A model generated the notes under the pieces. It did not search any database. It had not been told where the DNA came from and was given only the letters and a program-made list of their open reading frames with translations. From contig CAVXVV010000040.1 of assembly GCA_963765195.1 (NCBI GenBank), positions 4,754 to 68,753 of the forward strand: DNA of 64,000 nt. The letters run 5' to 3'. Within the stretch, counting starts at the first letter, position 1. Every line of letters starts with the position of its first letter. Shown here piece by piece: positions 29,360 through 38,919 of this stretch. Source of the stretch: an uncultured Candidatus Rokubacteria bacterium (lineage in GTDB: Bacteria > Methylomirabilota > Methylomirabilia > Rokubacteriales > DASRDR01). Position numbers and translations under genes: made by a program.

Positions 29360-30806
29360 GTGTCCCGACGATTCCTTCCGCTCGCAGTGCTCGTAGCGCT
29401 GGTGTGGCTCGGCCTCGGCGCGACGGCGGGCCTCGCCCAGCAGGCGGCGCCGGCCCCCGCGGCCCCGGCTCCGGCCGCGGCCGCCCGCGGCGCCGAAAGT
29501 CGACACGGGCGACACCGCCTGGGTGCTGACCTCCTCGGCCCTGGTGCTGATGATGACGGCGCCGGGGCTCGCGCTCTTCTACGGCGGCATGGTGCGCCGG
29601 AAGAACGTGCTCGCGACCCTGATGCAGTCGTTCATCCTGATGGCGGTCATCTCGGTGCAGTGGGTCCTGTACGGCTACAGCCTCGCGTTCGGCCCGGACC
29701 TCGGCGGCATCGTCGGGAGCCTCCGCTGGATCGGGCTCTCGTCGGTCGGCGTGGAGCCGAACGCGGACTACGCGGCCACGATCCCGCACCAGGCCTTCAT
29801 GGTCTTCCAGCTCATGTTCGCGATCATCACGCCCGCACTCATCACCGGGACGTTCGCCGAGCGGATGAAGTTCTCGGCCTTCCTCCTCTTCTCGCTCCTC
29901 TGGGCCACGGTGATCTACGACCCGCTCGCCCACTGGGTGTGGGGCGTGGGGGGCTGGCTCCGGGGGCTCGGCGCCCTCGACTTCGCCGGGGGCACGGTCG
30001 TCCACATCTCCTCGGGCGTCTCGGCCCTCGCCGCGGCCCTCATCATCGGGAAGCGCCGGGGCTACGGCCGGGAGCCGATGCCGCCCCACAACCTGCCGTT
30101 CACGGTGATCGGCTCGGCGATGCTCTGGGTCGGCTGGTTCGGCTTCAACGCGGGAAGCGCGCTCGGCGCGGGCGGCCTCGCGGTCAGCGCCTTCGTCACG
30201 ACGAACACGGCAGCGGCCGCCGCCACGCTCGCGTGGATGTTCGCCGAGTGGGCGAGCCGCGGGAAGCCCACGGTGCTCGGGGCGGCGTCCGGCGCCGTCG
30301 CGGGGCTCGTCGCGATCACGCCGGCCGCGGGCTTCGTCGGGCCGGTCTCCTCGATCCTCATCGGCATCGGGGGCGGCGTGCTCTGCTTCACCGCCTGCAA
30401 CCTGAAGTCGAAGCTCGGGTACGACGACAGCCTCGACGTCGTGGGCGTCCACGGCATCGGCGGTACCTGGGGCGCGATCGCGACCGGCCTCTTCGCCTCG
30501 AAGGCGATCAACGAGGCCGGCGCCGACGGGCTCTTCTTCGGCAACCCCGGGCTCCTCGTCAGCCAGATCCTGGCCGTGGCCGCGACCTGGGTGTTCGCCT
30601 TCGGGGGCTCCGTGGTCCTGCTGAAGATCGTCGACGCGGTGGTCGGCCTCCGGGTCACCGACGAGGACGAGTTCGCGGGCCTGGACCTCTCGCAGCACTC
30701 CGAGAACGCGTACGCCTTCGAGGGCGGCTACGGCGGCGTGGGCACGCACTCCGAGCCGGCGCTCCGGCGGGAGCCCGCGTCGGCCTTCTCGCCCAGCCAG
30801 CCGTAG
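29360..30806 (+). CDS. amtB: Ammonium transporter (frameshift near 29490 between signal region and body)
   Basis: DTGDTAWVL, GLALFYGG, FQLMFA, DFAGGTVVH, WFGFNAGS, DDSLDVVGVHG. Confidence 0.93.
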
Positions 30807-30827
30807 CAGTTCCCGGCAACTCCGCAC

Positions 30828-30867
30828 CTCAGGCCGCCGGAGTCACCTCCGGCGGCCTGAGCCTTTT
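30828..30867 (+). terminator. Intrinsic terminator after amtB
   Basis: CTCAGGCCGCCGGAG/CTCCGGCGGCCTGAG stem followed by CCTTTT. Confidence 0.75.
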
Positions 30868-30885
30868 CCGCCGCCCGCACGAATA

Positions 30886-31003
30886 TCAAAGTCGGGGTCA
30901 GGCCCCGAAGTTGATTCGGAGTGCCGCCCGCGGGCCAATCTCAAACTCTAGGCCTGACCCCGGAGTTTGATGTTTGGCGGGACTCAAAGTCGGGGCCTGA
31001 CCG
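30886..31003. repeat. REP-like palindrome cluster (three GGGGTCAGGCC/GGCCTGACCCC units)
   Basis: TCAAAGTCGGGGTCAGGCCCCGAAGTTGA, TCAAACTCTAGGCCTGACCCCGGAGTTTGA, TCAAAGTCGGGGCCTGACC. Confidence 0.75.
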
Positions 31004-31007
31004 GATG

Positions 31008-31502
31008 TCAGCGGAGGTAGGCGAGGGCGAAGATCCCGACCATGGCGAGAACCAGGGCGAGGCGCGCCGCGGTCCCCAGGAGGAGGCCGAGCCACGCGCC
31101 AGCGCCGGCGCGGCCGGCCTGCCGCACGTCCCGGCGCGCGACCAGCTCCGCGGCGAAGGCGCCGAGGAACGGCCCGAGCACGAGGCCCGGCAGCCCGAAG
31201 AAGAGCCCGACCATCGCGCCCGCGACGGCGCCGAGGACGCCCCACCAGCTGGTCCCGAAGCGCCGCGCTCCCGCCGCGGTCGCCACGAGGTCGAGAGCGT
31301 ACGTGGCGGCGGTGAGCAGGGCCAGGACGGCGAGGGTCCCGAGGCCGACCCGCGCGAACCCGTCGATCCAGGCCGCGAGCGCGAGGCCGGCGAGGACCAG
31401 GATCGCGCCGGGCAGGCCCGGCAGCACCGTGCCGGCGATGCCGGCCAGGACCAGCCCGGCGGCCAGGATCCAGAGGACGAGCGCGCTGGCCGACCCGTCC
31501 AC
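31008..31502 (-). CDS. DUF456-family membrane protein
   Basis: GTVLPGLPG, GARRFGTS, GPFLGAF; hydrophobic. Confidence 0.85.
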   Translation of the reverse strand: MDGSASALVLWILAAGLVLAGIAGTVLPGLPGAILVLAGLALAAWIDGFARVGLGTLAVLALLTAATYALDLVATAAGARRFGTSWWGVLGAVAGAMVGLFFGLPGLVLGPFLGAFAAELVARRDVRQAGRAGAGAWLGLLLGTAARLALVLAMVGIFALAYLR

Positions 31503-31510
31503 GGCGACGG

Positions 31511-32368
31511 TCAGCCGCGGAGGGGCGTGACGACCTCGTTCCAGACGCGGCGGGCGCCGGCCGCGCTGTACGGGAGGGGACACGTGTAGATGAGGTGGGT
31601 CGCGCCCGCCGCCACGAACTCGCGCGAGAGCGCGATCAGCGCGCCCGCGCCGTTCTGGAGGGCATCCGCCCCGAACTGGATGGAGCGCTCGATCTCCGCC
31701 GGATCGCGGCCCGCCTCCCGGCAATAGCCGTCGAGCATCTCCGAGAGGCGGCGGAACTCGGCGGGCGTGCCCTTCGACATGTTCCACTCCTGGGCGTGGC
31801 GCGCGGTGATGCGGAGGCCGACCTTCTCGCCGCTCGTCCCGAGCACGATCGGCGGGTGCGGCCGCTGGACCGGCTTCGGCTCGTGGAAGGCCTCGCGCAC
31901 CTGGTAGTAGGTCCCCTCGACCGTCGCGCGCTTCTCCGTCCAGAGGGCCCGCAGGATCTGGCACGCCTCCTCGAGGCGCCGCATGCGCTCGCCGAGGGGC
32001 GGGAGCGGGAGCCCGTACTGCTGGTGCTCGTCCTCGTGCCAGCCCGCGCCGAGCCCCACCTCGACCCGCCCGTGCGACACCACGTCCACGGTGGTGGCGA
32101 TCTTCGCGAGGACGCCGGGATGCCGGAAGGTGTTGGCCGTCACCATGAGGCCGCCGCGGATCCGCCGCGCCTCCGTGAGGAGCGAGGCGAGGAGGGTCCA
32201 GCCCTCGTCCTCGTTCTTCGAGGGATCGTTCTGGTTGAGGAGGTGGTCGTGCGCCCAGGCGGTGTCGAAGCCGAGGCGGTCGGCCTCGAGCCAGGCGTCG
32301 CGGATCTCCGCGAAGGTCCCGCCCATCTGGGCGACCTTCAGCCCGAACCGGAGTCGTCGTGGGGACAC
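31511..32368 (-). CDS. LLM-class (luciferase-like) flavin/F420-dependent oxidoreductase
   Basis: GFDTAWAHDH, TFRHPGVLAK, GLGAGW, PKPVQRPHPPI. Confidence 0.9.
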   Translation of the reverse strand: MSPRRLRFGLKVAQMGGTFAEIRDAWLEADRLGFDTAWAHDHLLNQNDPSKNEDEGWTLLASLLTEARRIRGGLMVTANTFRHPGVLAKIATTVDVVSHGRVEVGLGAGWHEDEHQQYGLPLPPLGERMRRLEEACQILRALWTEKRATVEGTYYQVREAFHEPKPVQRPHPPIVLGTSGEKVGLRITARHAQEWNMSKGTPAEFRRLSEMLDGYCREAGRDPAEIERSIQFGADALQNGAGALIALSREFVAAGATHLIYTCPLPYSAAGARRVWNEVVTPLRG

Positions 32369-32393
32369 GGTCGGTCTCCTTTGCCGGCGCCCG

Positions 32394-33188
32394 TCAGGTG
32401 CGCGTGATCTGCGAGAGCCCCGGCAGGCGGCCGAGGTGGTTGCCGGTGACGCCGCCGTCGACGATCAGGTCGTGGCCGTTGACGTAGCGCGCGTCGGGCG
32501 AGAGGAGGAACGCGATGGCCGCGGCGATGTCGTCGGGCGTCGCCACGCGCCCGAGCGGCACCAGCGCGTCCCGCGCCGCGGCGACGCCCGGGTCCGCGTA
32601 GACGCGCGCGGTCATGCCGGTGCGCGTCATCCCCGGCGAGACCGTGTTGACACGGATCCCGTCGGGGCCGAGCTCCTGCGCCAGCACGCGGACGAGCATG
32701 ATGACGGCGGCCTTGCTCGGGGCGTAGGCGCCGAGGCCGGCGTGAACGTGGGTGCCCGACATGGAGGCGACGGCCACGATGGCGCCCCGCGAGGCCCGGA
32801 GCGCGGGATGCGCCGCCTTGGCCAGGAGCCAGGTCGCCCGGGTGTTCACCGCGAAGAGCCGGTCCCAGTCCTCCACGGCGTAGTCGACGAGTGGCCCGAT
32901 ACGGTTGATGCCCGCGTTGCTGACGAGCCCGTCGAGGCCGCCGAAGCGCCCGACCGCCGCCGCCACCGCCCGCCCCGGCCCGTCCACCGTCCCCATGTCG
33001 GCGTCGATGTGGAGCGCGTCAGCGCCGAGCCCACGCAGCTCGGCCACGAGGTCATCCAGCGCTGCCGAGGACTCCAGGTCCACCGCCGCGACACGCGCGG
33101 TCCGGCCGGCGGTCTTCGCGTCGTGGGCGAGCCGGACGCACGTCGCGCGCCCGATCCCGCTCGCCGCTCCCGTCACGAGCACCCGCAT
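32394..33188 (-). CDS. SDR family oxidoreductase
   Basis: TGAASGIG, SNAG, YAPSK, VNTVSPG. Confidence 0.9.
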   Translation of the reverse strand: MRVLVTGAASGIGRATCVRLAHDAKTAGRTARVAAVDLESSAALDDLVAELRGLGADALHIDADMGTVDGPGRAVAAAVGRFGGLDGLVSNAGINRIGPLVDYAVEDWDRLFAVNTRATWLLAKAAHPALRASRGAIVAVASMSGTHVHAGLGAYAPSKAAVIMLVRVLAQELGPDGIRVNTVSPGMTRTGMTARVYADPGVAAARDALVPLGRVATPDDIAAAIAFLLSPDARYVNGHDLIVDGGVTGNHLGRLPGLSQITRT

Positions 33189-33339
33189 GGCCCCTCCTCA
33201 CTGGGTTTCCGGCGCCCCAGCATACCAGCCGGGCGCGGCGCGGTGCGGACCGCCCGCGCGCGGCCGCCGGCCTCGGCGCGAACCTCATCCTGAGCCCGGC
33301 GCGTGGGCTCCGCGCGGGCCGTGCCCGGCGGCGCCGGGC

Positions 33340-34164
33340 TCAGCGAGCCCAGGTGCCGATGGTGTCCGCGAGGGCGCGCGGATCGTCGAAGGTCACGTGG
33401 TGGTGGGCGCCGGGGATCTCGGCGAGCGCGGCCGAGGGCAGCGTCTTGACCATGCGCTCGGCCACGTCCCGGTCGAGGATCGTGCTGTGCTCGCCCCGCA
33501 CCACGAGCGTCGGAGCAGTGATACGCGGCAGGAGCGCCCAGCAGTCGACCGGCATCCGCGTCTGCTCGCACGCCGGATCGAAGCGGTAGCGCCAGCGCCC
33601 CGACGGAAGCCGCACGACGCTGGCCCGGCCGATCTCCCGGAGGAGGGCCGGCGAGGCGGTCGTCTCCGGCGGGCGCAGCCGGAAGCGGGCCAGCGCCGCC
33701 GCCAGGCTCGGGAAGTCGGTCGACGGGCGCGGCGCGCGGCGCTGGAGCGCCCGGAGCCGCTCGTAGTTGACGTGGGGGCGCGCGTCGACGACGACCAGGC
33801 GCGCGAGGCAATCCGGGTACCAGGCGGAAAACCCCATGGCGTTGTGCCCGCCCATGGAATGTCCGGCCACGACCACGTCCCGGAGTCCCAGCGCGTCGAT
33901 CACCCCGGCGAGCTCGGCGGCGAAGTCCTCGCTGCGGTAGGCGGCCGGGCGTGGCCACGCGCTCCGGCCGTGCCCCCGCCAGTCGAGCGCCAGGACGCGA
34001 AAGCGGCGCGCCAGATGCGGCGCCACCGGGTCCCACCAGTGGGCGTGGGCGACGGCGCCGTGGAGCGCTAGGAGCGGGTGGCCGTCACCGCCCCAGTCGC
34101 GGTAGCGGAGCCGAAGGCCGTGGACGGTGACGAAGCGGTCGCGAGGGCGCCGAGCGGCGGGCAT
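33340..34164 (-). CDS. Alpha/beta hydrolase
   Basis: LHG, DWRGHGRS, GHSMGG, GAHHHV. Confidence 0.88.
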   Translation of the reverse strand: MPAARRPRDRFVTVHGLRLRYRDWGGDGHPLLALHGAVAHAHWWDPVAPHLARRFRVLALDWRGHGRSAWPRPAAYRSEDFAAELAGVIDALGLRDVVVAGHSMGGHNAMGFSAWYPDCLARLVVVDARPHVNYERLRALQRRAPRPSTDFPSLAAALARFRLRPPETTASPALLREIGRASVVRLPSGRWRYRFDPACEQTRMPVDCWALLPRITAPTLVVRGEHSTILDRDVAERMVKTLPSAALAEIPGAHHHVTFDDPRALADTIGTWAR

Positions 34165-34227
34165 CCCCCCGATTATGCCGTGGGCGGCAAGGGCCGGGGC
34201 CTCCGACGGAGGCCGGGGCTAGCCGCA

Positions 34228-34575
34228 TCAGCCGAATCCGCCGCCGCACGCCGGGCAGGCCGGCGGGACCGGCTCCCGGACGACGAGGCCGCAGAGCTCG
34301 CAGACCGCTACCTCCTCGAGCTCGCCCTCGATGAGCGACGGCGCCGGGACGGCCCCACTGTGCACGGATTCGGGCGCCGCGTGGACAAAATCCGGCACCG
34401 CGCGAGCCGCCGACTCGCCAGCCGGACGATCGTCAGCGACGTGCCCGCCGGAGCGCGAGGCTCCCGTGGAAGGCGGTCTGCCATCCAGGACGCCCGGGCG
34501 CGCCTCGGATGCCGAGGCGTGCCCGACCTCGAGTCTCCGTGAGGCGCCGGGCTGCCCGCCGTCGCGCGACGCCAC
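34228..34575 (-). CDS. Hypothetical protein with C-terminal rubredoxin-like CxxC...CxxC knuckle
   Basis: VCELCGLVVREPVPPACPACG; starts 3 nt after the upstream stop; true start uncertain. Confidence 0.55.
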   Translation of the reverse strand: MASRDGGQPGASRRLEVGHASASEARPGVLDGRPPSTGASRSGGHVADDRPAGESAARAVPDFVHAAPESVHSGAVPAPSLIEGELEEVAVCELCGLVVREPVPPACPACGGGFG

Positions 34576-34578
34576 GCG

Positions 34579-34890
34579 CTACGCGACCTCCTCCAAGACC
34601 GGCATCGCCGACATCTCGTCGTCGTCCACCGGCACCTCCTTGACGCGCGACCAGACGCGGTAGAGTTCACCGACCGCCTCGCGCCAGCGCTCGAGCGTGC
34701 CGTCCGCCTCGCAGAGGCTCGCGTACAGCGCGCCCACCTCGCGCTCGGCGCGCTCCAGCGCCGCGTGCCACTCGGGATCCCGCACATCGAGGCGCTCGAC
34801 GCTGCCCGGCCGATAGCCCCGGCCCACGGCCCGCGTCACGGCCTCGAGATCCCCGCTCGCCATCGTCTCCAGCAGCCCTGCTCGTCGCAT
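34579..34890 (-). CDS. Hypothetical helical protein (103 aa)
   Basis: Strong GGAAGGAGG RBS before ATG at 34890; good codon usage. Confidence 0.75.
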   Translation of the reverse strand: MRRAGLLETMASGDLEAVTRAVGRGYRPGSVERLDVRDPEWHAALERAEREVGALYASLCEADGTLERWREAVGELYRVWSRVKEVPVDDDEMSAMPVLEEVA

Positions 34891-34903
34891 CGCTTGCCTC
34901 CTT

Positions 34904-34987
34904 CCTACCCGCATCCGCTCTGGCCTACCCGCAGCCGCCCTGGCCTGCCGCAGCCGCTCTGGCCTGCCTGCGGCCACTCTGGCCTAC
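34904..34987 (-). repeat. Four tandem 19-20 bp repeats in the 5' leader
   Basis: cctacccgcatccgctctgg / cctacccgcagccgccctgg / cctgccgcagccgctctgg / cctgcctgcggccactctgg. Confidence 0.85.
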
Positions 34988-35037
34988 ACTGCTCTTTTCC
35001 ACTGGATACCGTAACATCTGTTTAGTACACTTTCAAT

Positions 35038-35053
35038 CCGCTACATCTAGTAC
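35038..35053. promoter_or_regulatory. NrdR-box-like operator
   Basis: ccgCTACATCTAGtac matches the CwAyATmTwG core of NrdR boxes; overlaps the predicted start site. Confidence 0.35.
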
Positions 35054-35056
35054 TCA

Positions 35057-35072
35057 AGCAATCACGGTGCCA
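35057..35072 (-). promoter_or_regulatory. sigma54 promoter
   Basis: Minus strand TGGCAC-cgtga-TTGCT, exact consensus, within an AT-rich intergenic stretch. Confidence 0.8.
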
Positions 35073-35140
35073 CGAGGGCCTGTGCCTCGTCCGGTTTCCG
35101 GTGATTTTCGAGCACGGGCGCCTCCGTCGTACTCTTTGAC

Positions 35141-36346
35141 GTGATGACGCCCGCGATCGAATCAACGGTCGGCCTCGTGCTCGCGGCGAAGGCGGTCCGG
35201 ACCTTCTGCTACGGCTATCTCGGCATCCTCATTCCTCTCCACCTCGCGGCTCTCGGTCTCGACGCGCGCGGGATCGGGCTCGCCGTGACGCTGACCCTCG
35301 GCGCGAGCGCGCTGCTCACGCTGCTGGCGCGGCGCCCGGCCGAGCGCCTCGGGAGCCGCGCCGTGCTCGTCGCGCTCTCGGCCCTCGTCCTGGCGGCCGG
35401 CGTCCTCCTCGCGACGGCTCGCGGGCCGGCCCTCGTCGTCCTGGCCGCCATGATCGGCAACGTGGCAGTCAGCACCGGCGAGACGGGGCCGTTCCTGTCG
35501 ATCGAGCAGGTGCTGGTCGCGCGCGCGGCGGCCGGGCGCGACCTGACGCTCCGGATGAGCCTCTACAACCTGGTCGGCTACGTCGCCGCCGGGCTCGGCG
35601 CCCTCACGGTCGCGGCGCTCCCGCACGCGGGCGCGGCGGGTCCGGACGGGTCTGCCCCGCTCTTCTGGCTCTTCGCCCTCTCGGGCGGCGTTCAGGCGCT
35701 GCTCTACGCGCGGCTGCCGGACGTCCCCGTGCGGCCGGCCGCGGCCGGCGCCCGGCGCCGCCCCTCGCGGCGCTTCATCTACCGCATCGCGGCCCTCTTC
35801 GCCCTCGACTCGTTCGCGGGCGGGTTCGTCCTCCAGAGCCTGCTCGTCTACTGGCTCCACAGCCGCTTCGCGCTCGGGCCGGCCGTGATCGGCGCGGTGT
35901 TCTCCGCGGCCCAGCTGCTCACGGCGTGCTCCCTCCTCCTGGCGGCCTGGGCCGCGCCGCGGATCGGGCTCGTGAACACGATGGTGTTCTCCCATCTCGT
36001 CTCGAACGTGCTGCTCGTCGCGATGGGGCTCGCGCCGACGGCGGGGCTCGCGGTGACGCTCCTGCTCCTGCGCGCCCTCCTCTCGCAGATGGACGTCCCG
36101 ACCCGGCAGGCGTTCCTGATGCTGGTCGTGGAGGACGACGAGCGCGAGGCGACGGCGACGGTGACCAACGCCGGCCGGACCGTGGCGCAGGCGGTGAGCC
36201 CGGCGCTCACCGGCTACGTGATGCAGGCCGTCTCCCTCGCCGCGCCGTTCGTGCTGGGCGGCGTGCTGAAGATCGTCTACGACCTCCTGCTCTACCGGAC
36301 GTGCCGGCGCGTGGCGCCGGTCAGCGCGCGCGGGCCCGCGGGCTGA
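35141..36346 (+). CDS. MFS transporter
   Basis: About 12 hydrophobic segments; LFALDSFAGG, SQMDVPTRQ, LKIVYDLLL. Confidence 0.88.
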   Translation: MMTPAIESTVGLVLAAKAVRTFCYGYLGILIPLHLAALGLDARGIGLAVTLTLGASALLTLLARRPAERLGSRAVLVALSALVLAAGVLLATARGPALVVLAAMIGNVAVSTGETGPFLSIEQVLVARAAAGRDLTLRMSLYNLVGYVAAGLGALTVAALPHAGAAGPDGSAPLFWLFALSGGVQALLYARLPDVPVRPAAAGARRRPSRRFIYRIAALFALDSFAGGFVLQSLLVYWLHSRFALGPAVIGAVFSAAQLLTACSLLLAAWAAPRIGLVNTMVFSHLVSNVLLVAMGLAPTAGLAVTLLLLRALLSQMDVPTRQAFLMLVVEDDEREATATVTNAGRTVAQAVSPALTGYVMQAVSLAAPFVLGGVLKIVYDLLLYRTCRRVAPVSARGPAG

Positions 36347-37121
36347 GGCGGAGGAGCAGGCGGTCGACGAGGCCAGGCGCGACGGCGTTCGCGAGGAAGA
36401 GGAGGCGGGCCGGCGGGTACGGATGCACCTCGGGGCGCGGCCGCCGGAGCGCCCGCGCGATCCCCTGCGCGACGTGCTCGGCGCTCTGGATCGGGCCGCC
36501 CCGGCCGGGCACGCCGAGGCGGTTCGGCTCGACCTCGTGGAACTCGGTCGCCGTCCCGATCGGGCAGACGCACGTCACGTGGATCCCGCTCCCGAGGAGC
36601 TCCATCCGGAGCGCCTCCGAGAAGCCGACCAGCGCAAACTTCGAGGCGACGTAGGCGGCGCGAAAGGGGCTCGCGCGCTTCCCGACCACCGAGGCGACGT
36701 TCACGATGTGGCCGGCGCCCTGGCGCCGCATGTGCGGGAGCGCGGCCAGGACGCCGTGCACGGCGCCGAGGTAGTTGACGCGGACGATCCGCTCGAACTC
36801 CGCCGGGGTCGTCTGGTCCACCGTCGCGAGGATCCCGATGCCGGCGTTGTTGACGAGGACGTCGAGCCGCCCCCAGGCGGCGACGGTGCCGTCGATCAGC
36901 GCGCGGACGGCCGCCTCGTCGCCGACGTCGGTGGGCACGACCCGCGCCTCGCCCCCGGCCGCCTTCACATCCACCGCGACCGCGCCGAGGCGCGCGACGC
37001 GGCGCGCCGCGAGGACCACGCGCATCCGGGCCCGCCCGCACTCGATCGCGGTCGCGGCGCCGATCCCGCTCGACGCGCCGGTGATCACGACGACCCGGCC
37101 CGCCAGCTCGCGCCCCTTCAC
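36321..37121 (-). CDS. SDR family oxidoreductase
   Basis: TGASSGIG, NNAG, YVASK. Confidence 0.9.
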   Translation of the reverse strand: MKGRELAGRVVVITGASSGIGAATAIECGRARMRVVLAARRVARLGAVAVDVKAAGGEARVVPTDVGDEAAVRALIDGTVAAWGRLDVLVNNAGIGILATVDQTTPAEFERIVRVNYLGAVHGVLAALPHMRRQGAGHIVNVASVVGKRASPFRAAYVASKFALVGFSEALRMELLGSGIHVTCVCPIGTATEFHEVEPNRLGVPGRGGPIQSAEHVAQGIARALRRPRPEVHPYPPARLLFLANAVAPGLVDRLLLRLSPRARAR

Positions 37122-37136
37122 GCGTGCTACTGTACC

Positions 37137-37258
37137 GGGGTCAGACTTCGACTTCCGGACAATTCGGGTGCGCGCCTGGCGGAAACTCCAAAGCGGGGTC
37201 AGGCCCAGACTTTGATTTCCGTCGGTCGCGCTGCTTGGAAGTGACGGTCAGACCCCCC
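37137..37258. repeat. REP-like palindrome cluster
   Basis: GGGGTCAGACTTCGACTTCCGGACAATTC, CAAAGCGGGGTCAGGCCCAGACTTTG, GGAAGTGACGGTCAGACCCC. Confidence 0.75.
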
Positions 37259-37269
37259 AAGGAGGCCGC

Positions 37270-37887
37270 ATGTCCCTCGCCGCCGAGTTCCTGAAGCTGT
37301 CGCCGACCAGCCTCGCCGACGCGCTGACGCGCGACCGGGTCATGGATATCGGGATCCGGCCGCTCTGGGCCGGCATGCCGCGCGTCGCCGGCCCCGCCTA
37401 CACCGTCCGCTGCGCGCCCGGCGACAACCTCATGGTGCACGCGGCCATCTACCGGGCGGCGCCGGGCGACGTGATCGTCGTCGAGGCGGGCGACGTGGAC
37501 TACGCGGTGGCCGGCGGCAACGTGTGCGCGGTCGCCCAGCGCCACGGCGTGGCGGGATTCGTGGTGGACGGGGTGATCCGCGACGCCGCGGAGGCGCGGG
37601 AGCGCGGCTTCCCGGTCCTGGCCCGCGGCGTCATCCCGATCCCCGGCGCCAAGGACCGGCTTGGCGCGCTGGGCGGCCCGGTCCGGGTCGGCGGCGTGGA
37701 GGTGCAGCCGGGCGACATCGTGGTGGGCGACGAGGAGGGCGTCGTCGTGGTGCCGCTCGCGCGCGCGACCCACGTCCTCCAGGCCGCCCGCGCTCGCGCC
37801 GAGAAGGACGCGGCCACGAGCCTCGACGCGTGGGAGAAGGCCCACCGCGCCCGCATCGACGAGACCCTGAAGAAGCTCGGCTTCTGA
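37270..37887 (+). CDS. RraA/HMG aldolase family protein
   Basis: AGPAYTV...GDNL, DGVIRD, PGDIVVGDEEGVVVVP. Confidence 0.9.
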   Translation: MSLAAEFLKLSPTSLADALTRDRVMDIGIRPLWAGMPRVAGPAYTVRCAPGDNLMVHAAIYRAAPGDVIVVEAGDVDYAVAGGNVCAVAQRHGVAGFVVDGVIRDAAEARERGFPVLARGVIPIPGAKDRLGALGGPVRVGGVEVQPGDIVVGDEEGVVVVPLARATHVLQAARARAEKDAATSLDAWEKAHRARIDETLKKLGF

Positions 37888-37889
37888 GC

Positions 37890-37965
37890 GGGGTCAGGCC
37901 TTGACTTCCATACAGTTCGCCTCACGCCGCCCGACGAGCATGTATGGAAGTCAAGGCCTGACCCC
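37890..37965. repeat. REPIN-like hairpin with perfect 25-bp inverted arms between convergent genes
   Basis: GGGGTCAGGCCTTGACTTCCATACA ... TGTATGGAAGTCAAGGCCTGACCCC. Confidence 0.9.
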
Positions 37966-38732
37966 TACCGCGTCGTGGCCGTGAGGCCGGCGTCGATGAC
38001 GAGGACGTGGCCCGTCACCCAGCGCGACTCGTCGCTCGCCAGGTAGACCGCGCCCCAGCCCACGTCCCAGCCGGTGCCCTCGGTGCCGAGGGGGTTCGCC
38101 TTCCGACGCCGCTCGCGCGCGTCGGCGCCGAGCGCCTCGACCATCGGCGTCCAGACCGTGCCGGGGGCGATCGCGTTGATCCGGATGCCCTGGGGCCCGA
38201 GCTGCACCGCCACCGTGCGGACGAAGCCCTCGATGCCGGCCTTCGCCGCCGCGTAGGCGGTGCGCCCGTGGCCGCGGTGCGCGGCAACCGACGACACGCA
38301 GATCACGGAGCCGCCGCCGCGCGCGACGAGGGCGGGCACGGCCGCGCGGGTCGAGAGGAACACGGACTTCAGGTCGACGGCGAGGACCCGGTCCCACTCC
38401 TCCTCGGTCGTGTCGAGGAGGTCGTTCCGGGACTCGACGCCGACGTTGTTGTGGAGGACGTCGAGGCCGCCCCAGCGGGCGACCGCCGCGTCGACCATGG
38501 CGCGGCAGTCGTCGGGGCGCGTGACGTCCGCCGCGACCGCCGCCGCCTCGCCGCCCTCGGCGCGGATCAGCCCGACCGTCTCCTCCGCCCGCGGGAGGAC
38601 CTGGTCGACGCACAGGACGCGGGCGCCCTCGCGCGCGAACAGGATGGCCGCCGCCTTGCCGTTCCCGACGCCCGGCCCGCGCGAACCGGCGCCCGTGACG
38701 ATCGCGACCTTCCCGTGCAGCCGGCCTGCCAT
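37965..38732 (-). CDS. SDR family oxidoreductase
   Basis: TGAGSRGPGVGNG, HNNVG, YAAAK. Confidence 0.9.
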   Translation of the reverse strand: MAGRLHGKVAIVTGAGSRGPGVGNGKAAAILFAREGARVLCVDQVLPRAEETVGLIRAEGGEAAAVAADVTRPDDCRAMVDAAVARWGGLDVLHNNVGVESRNDLLDTTEEEWDRVLAVDLKSVFLSTRAAVPALVARGGGSVICVSSVAAHRGHGRTAYAAAKAGIEGFVRTVAVQLGPQGIRINAIAPGTVWTPMVEALGADARERRRKANPLGTEGTGWDVGWGAVYLASDESRWVTGHVLVIDAGLTATTR

Positions 38733-38781
38733 GGCCCGCCGAGCCTAGCCGGCCTCGGGTGGGCCCGTCAAGGCGCACACC

Positions 38782-38919
38782 CAAGTGCGGGGTCAGGCCC
38801 CGCCTTTGATCCTGGAGCCGCTTCCGACGGGACCGCAGGAGGCTGCCGGAAAACCCAAGTGGGGGCCTGCCCCGACTTTGACGTCTTGATGGCGCGGCGG
38901 GAATTGTCCGGAAGTCTAA
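38782..38919. repeat. REP-like cluster, last unit interrupted by IS630
   Basis: CGGGGTCAGGCCCCGCCTTTGA, GGGGGCCTGCCCCGACTTTGA, GAATTGTCCGGAAGTCTAA|IS. Confidence 0.7.

Noticed and set aside
29360-30806. amtB, class III aminotransferase and enoyl-CoA hydratase as pseudogenes
   Set aside because: Each has a single indel in otherwise intact sequence, one clearly in a homopolymer; sequencing error is more likely
34904-34987. Tandem repeats as a mini-CRISPR or coding repeat
   Set aside because: No spacers between units, and the 19-20 bp period is out of frame; they lie upstream of a strong RBS
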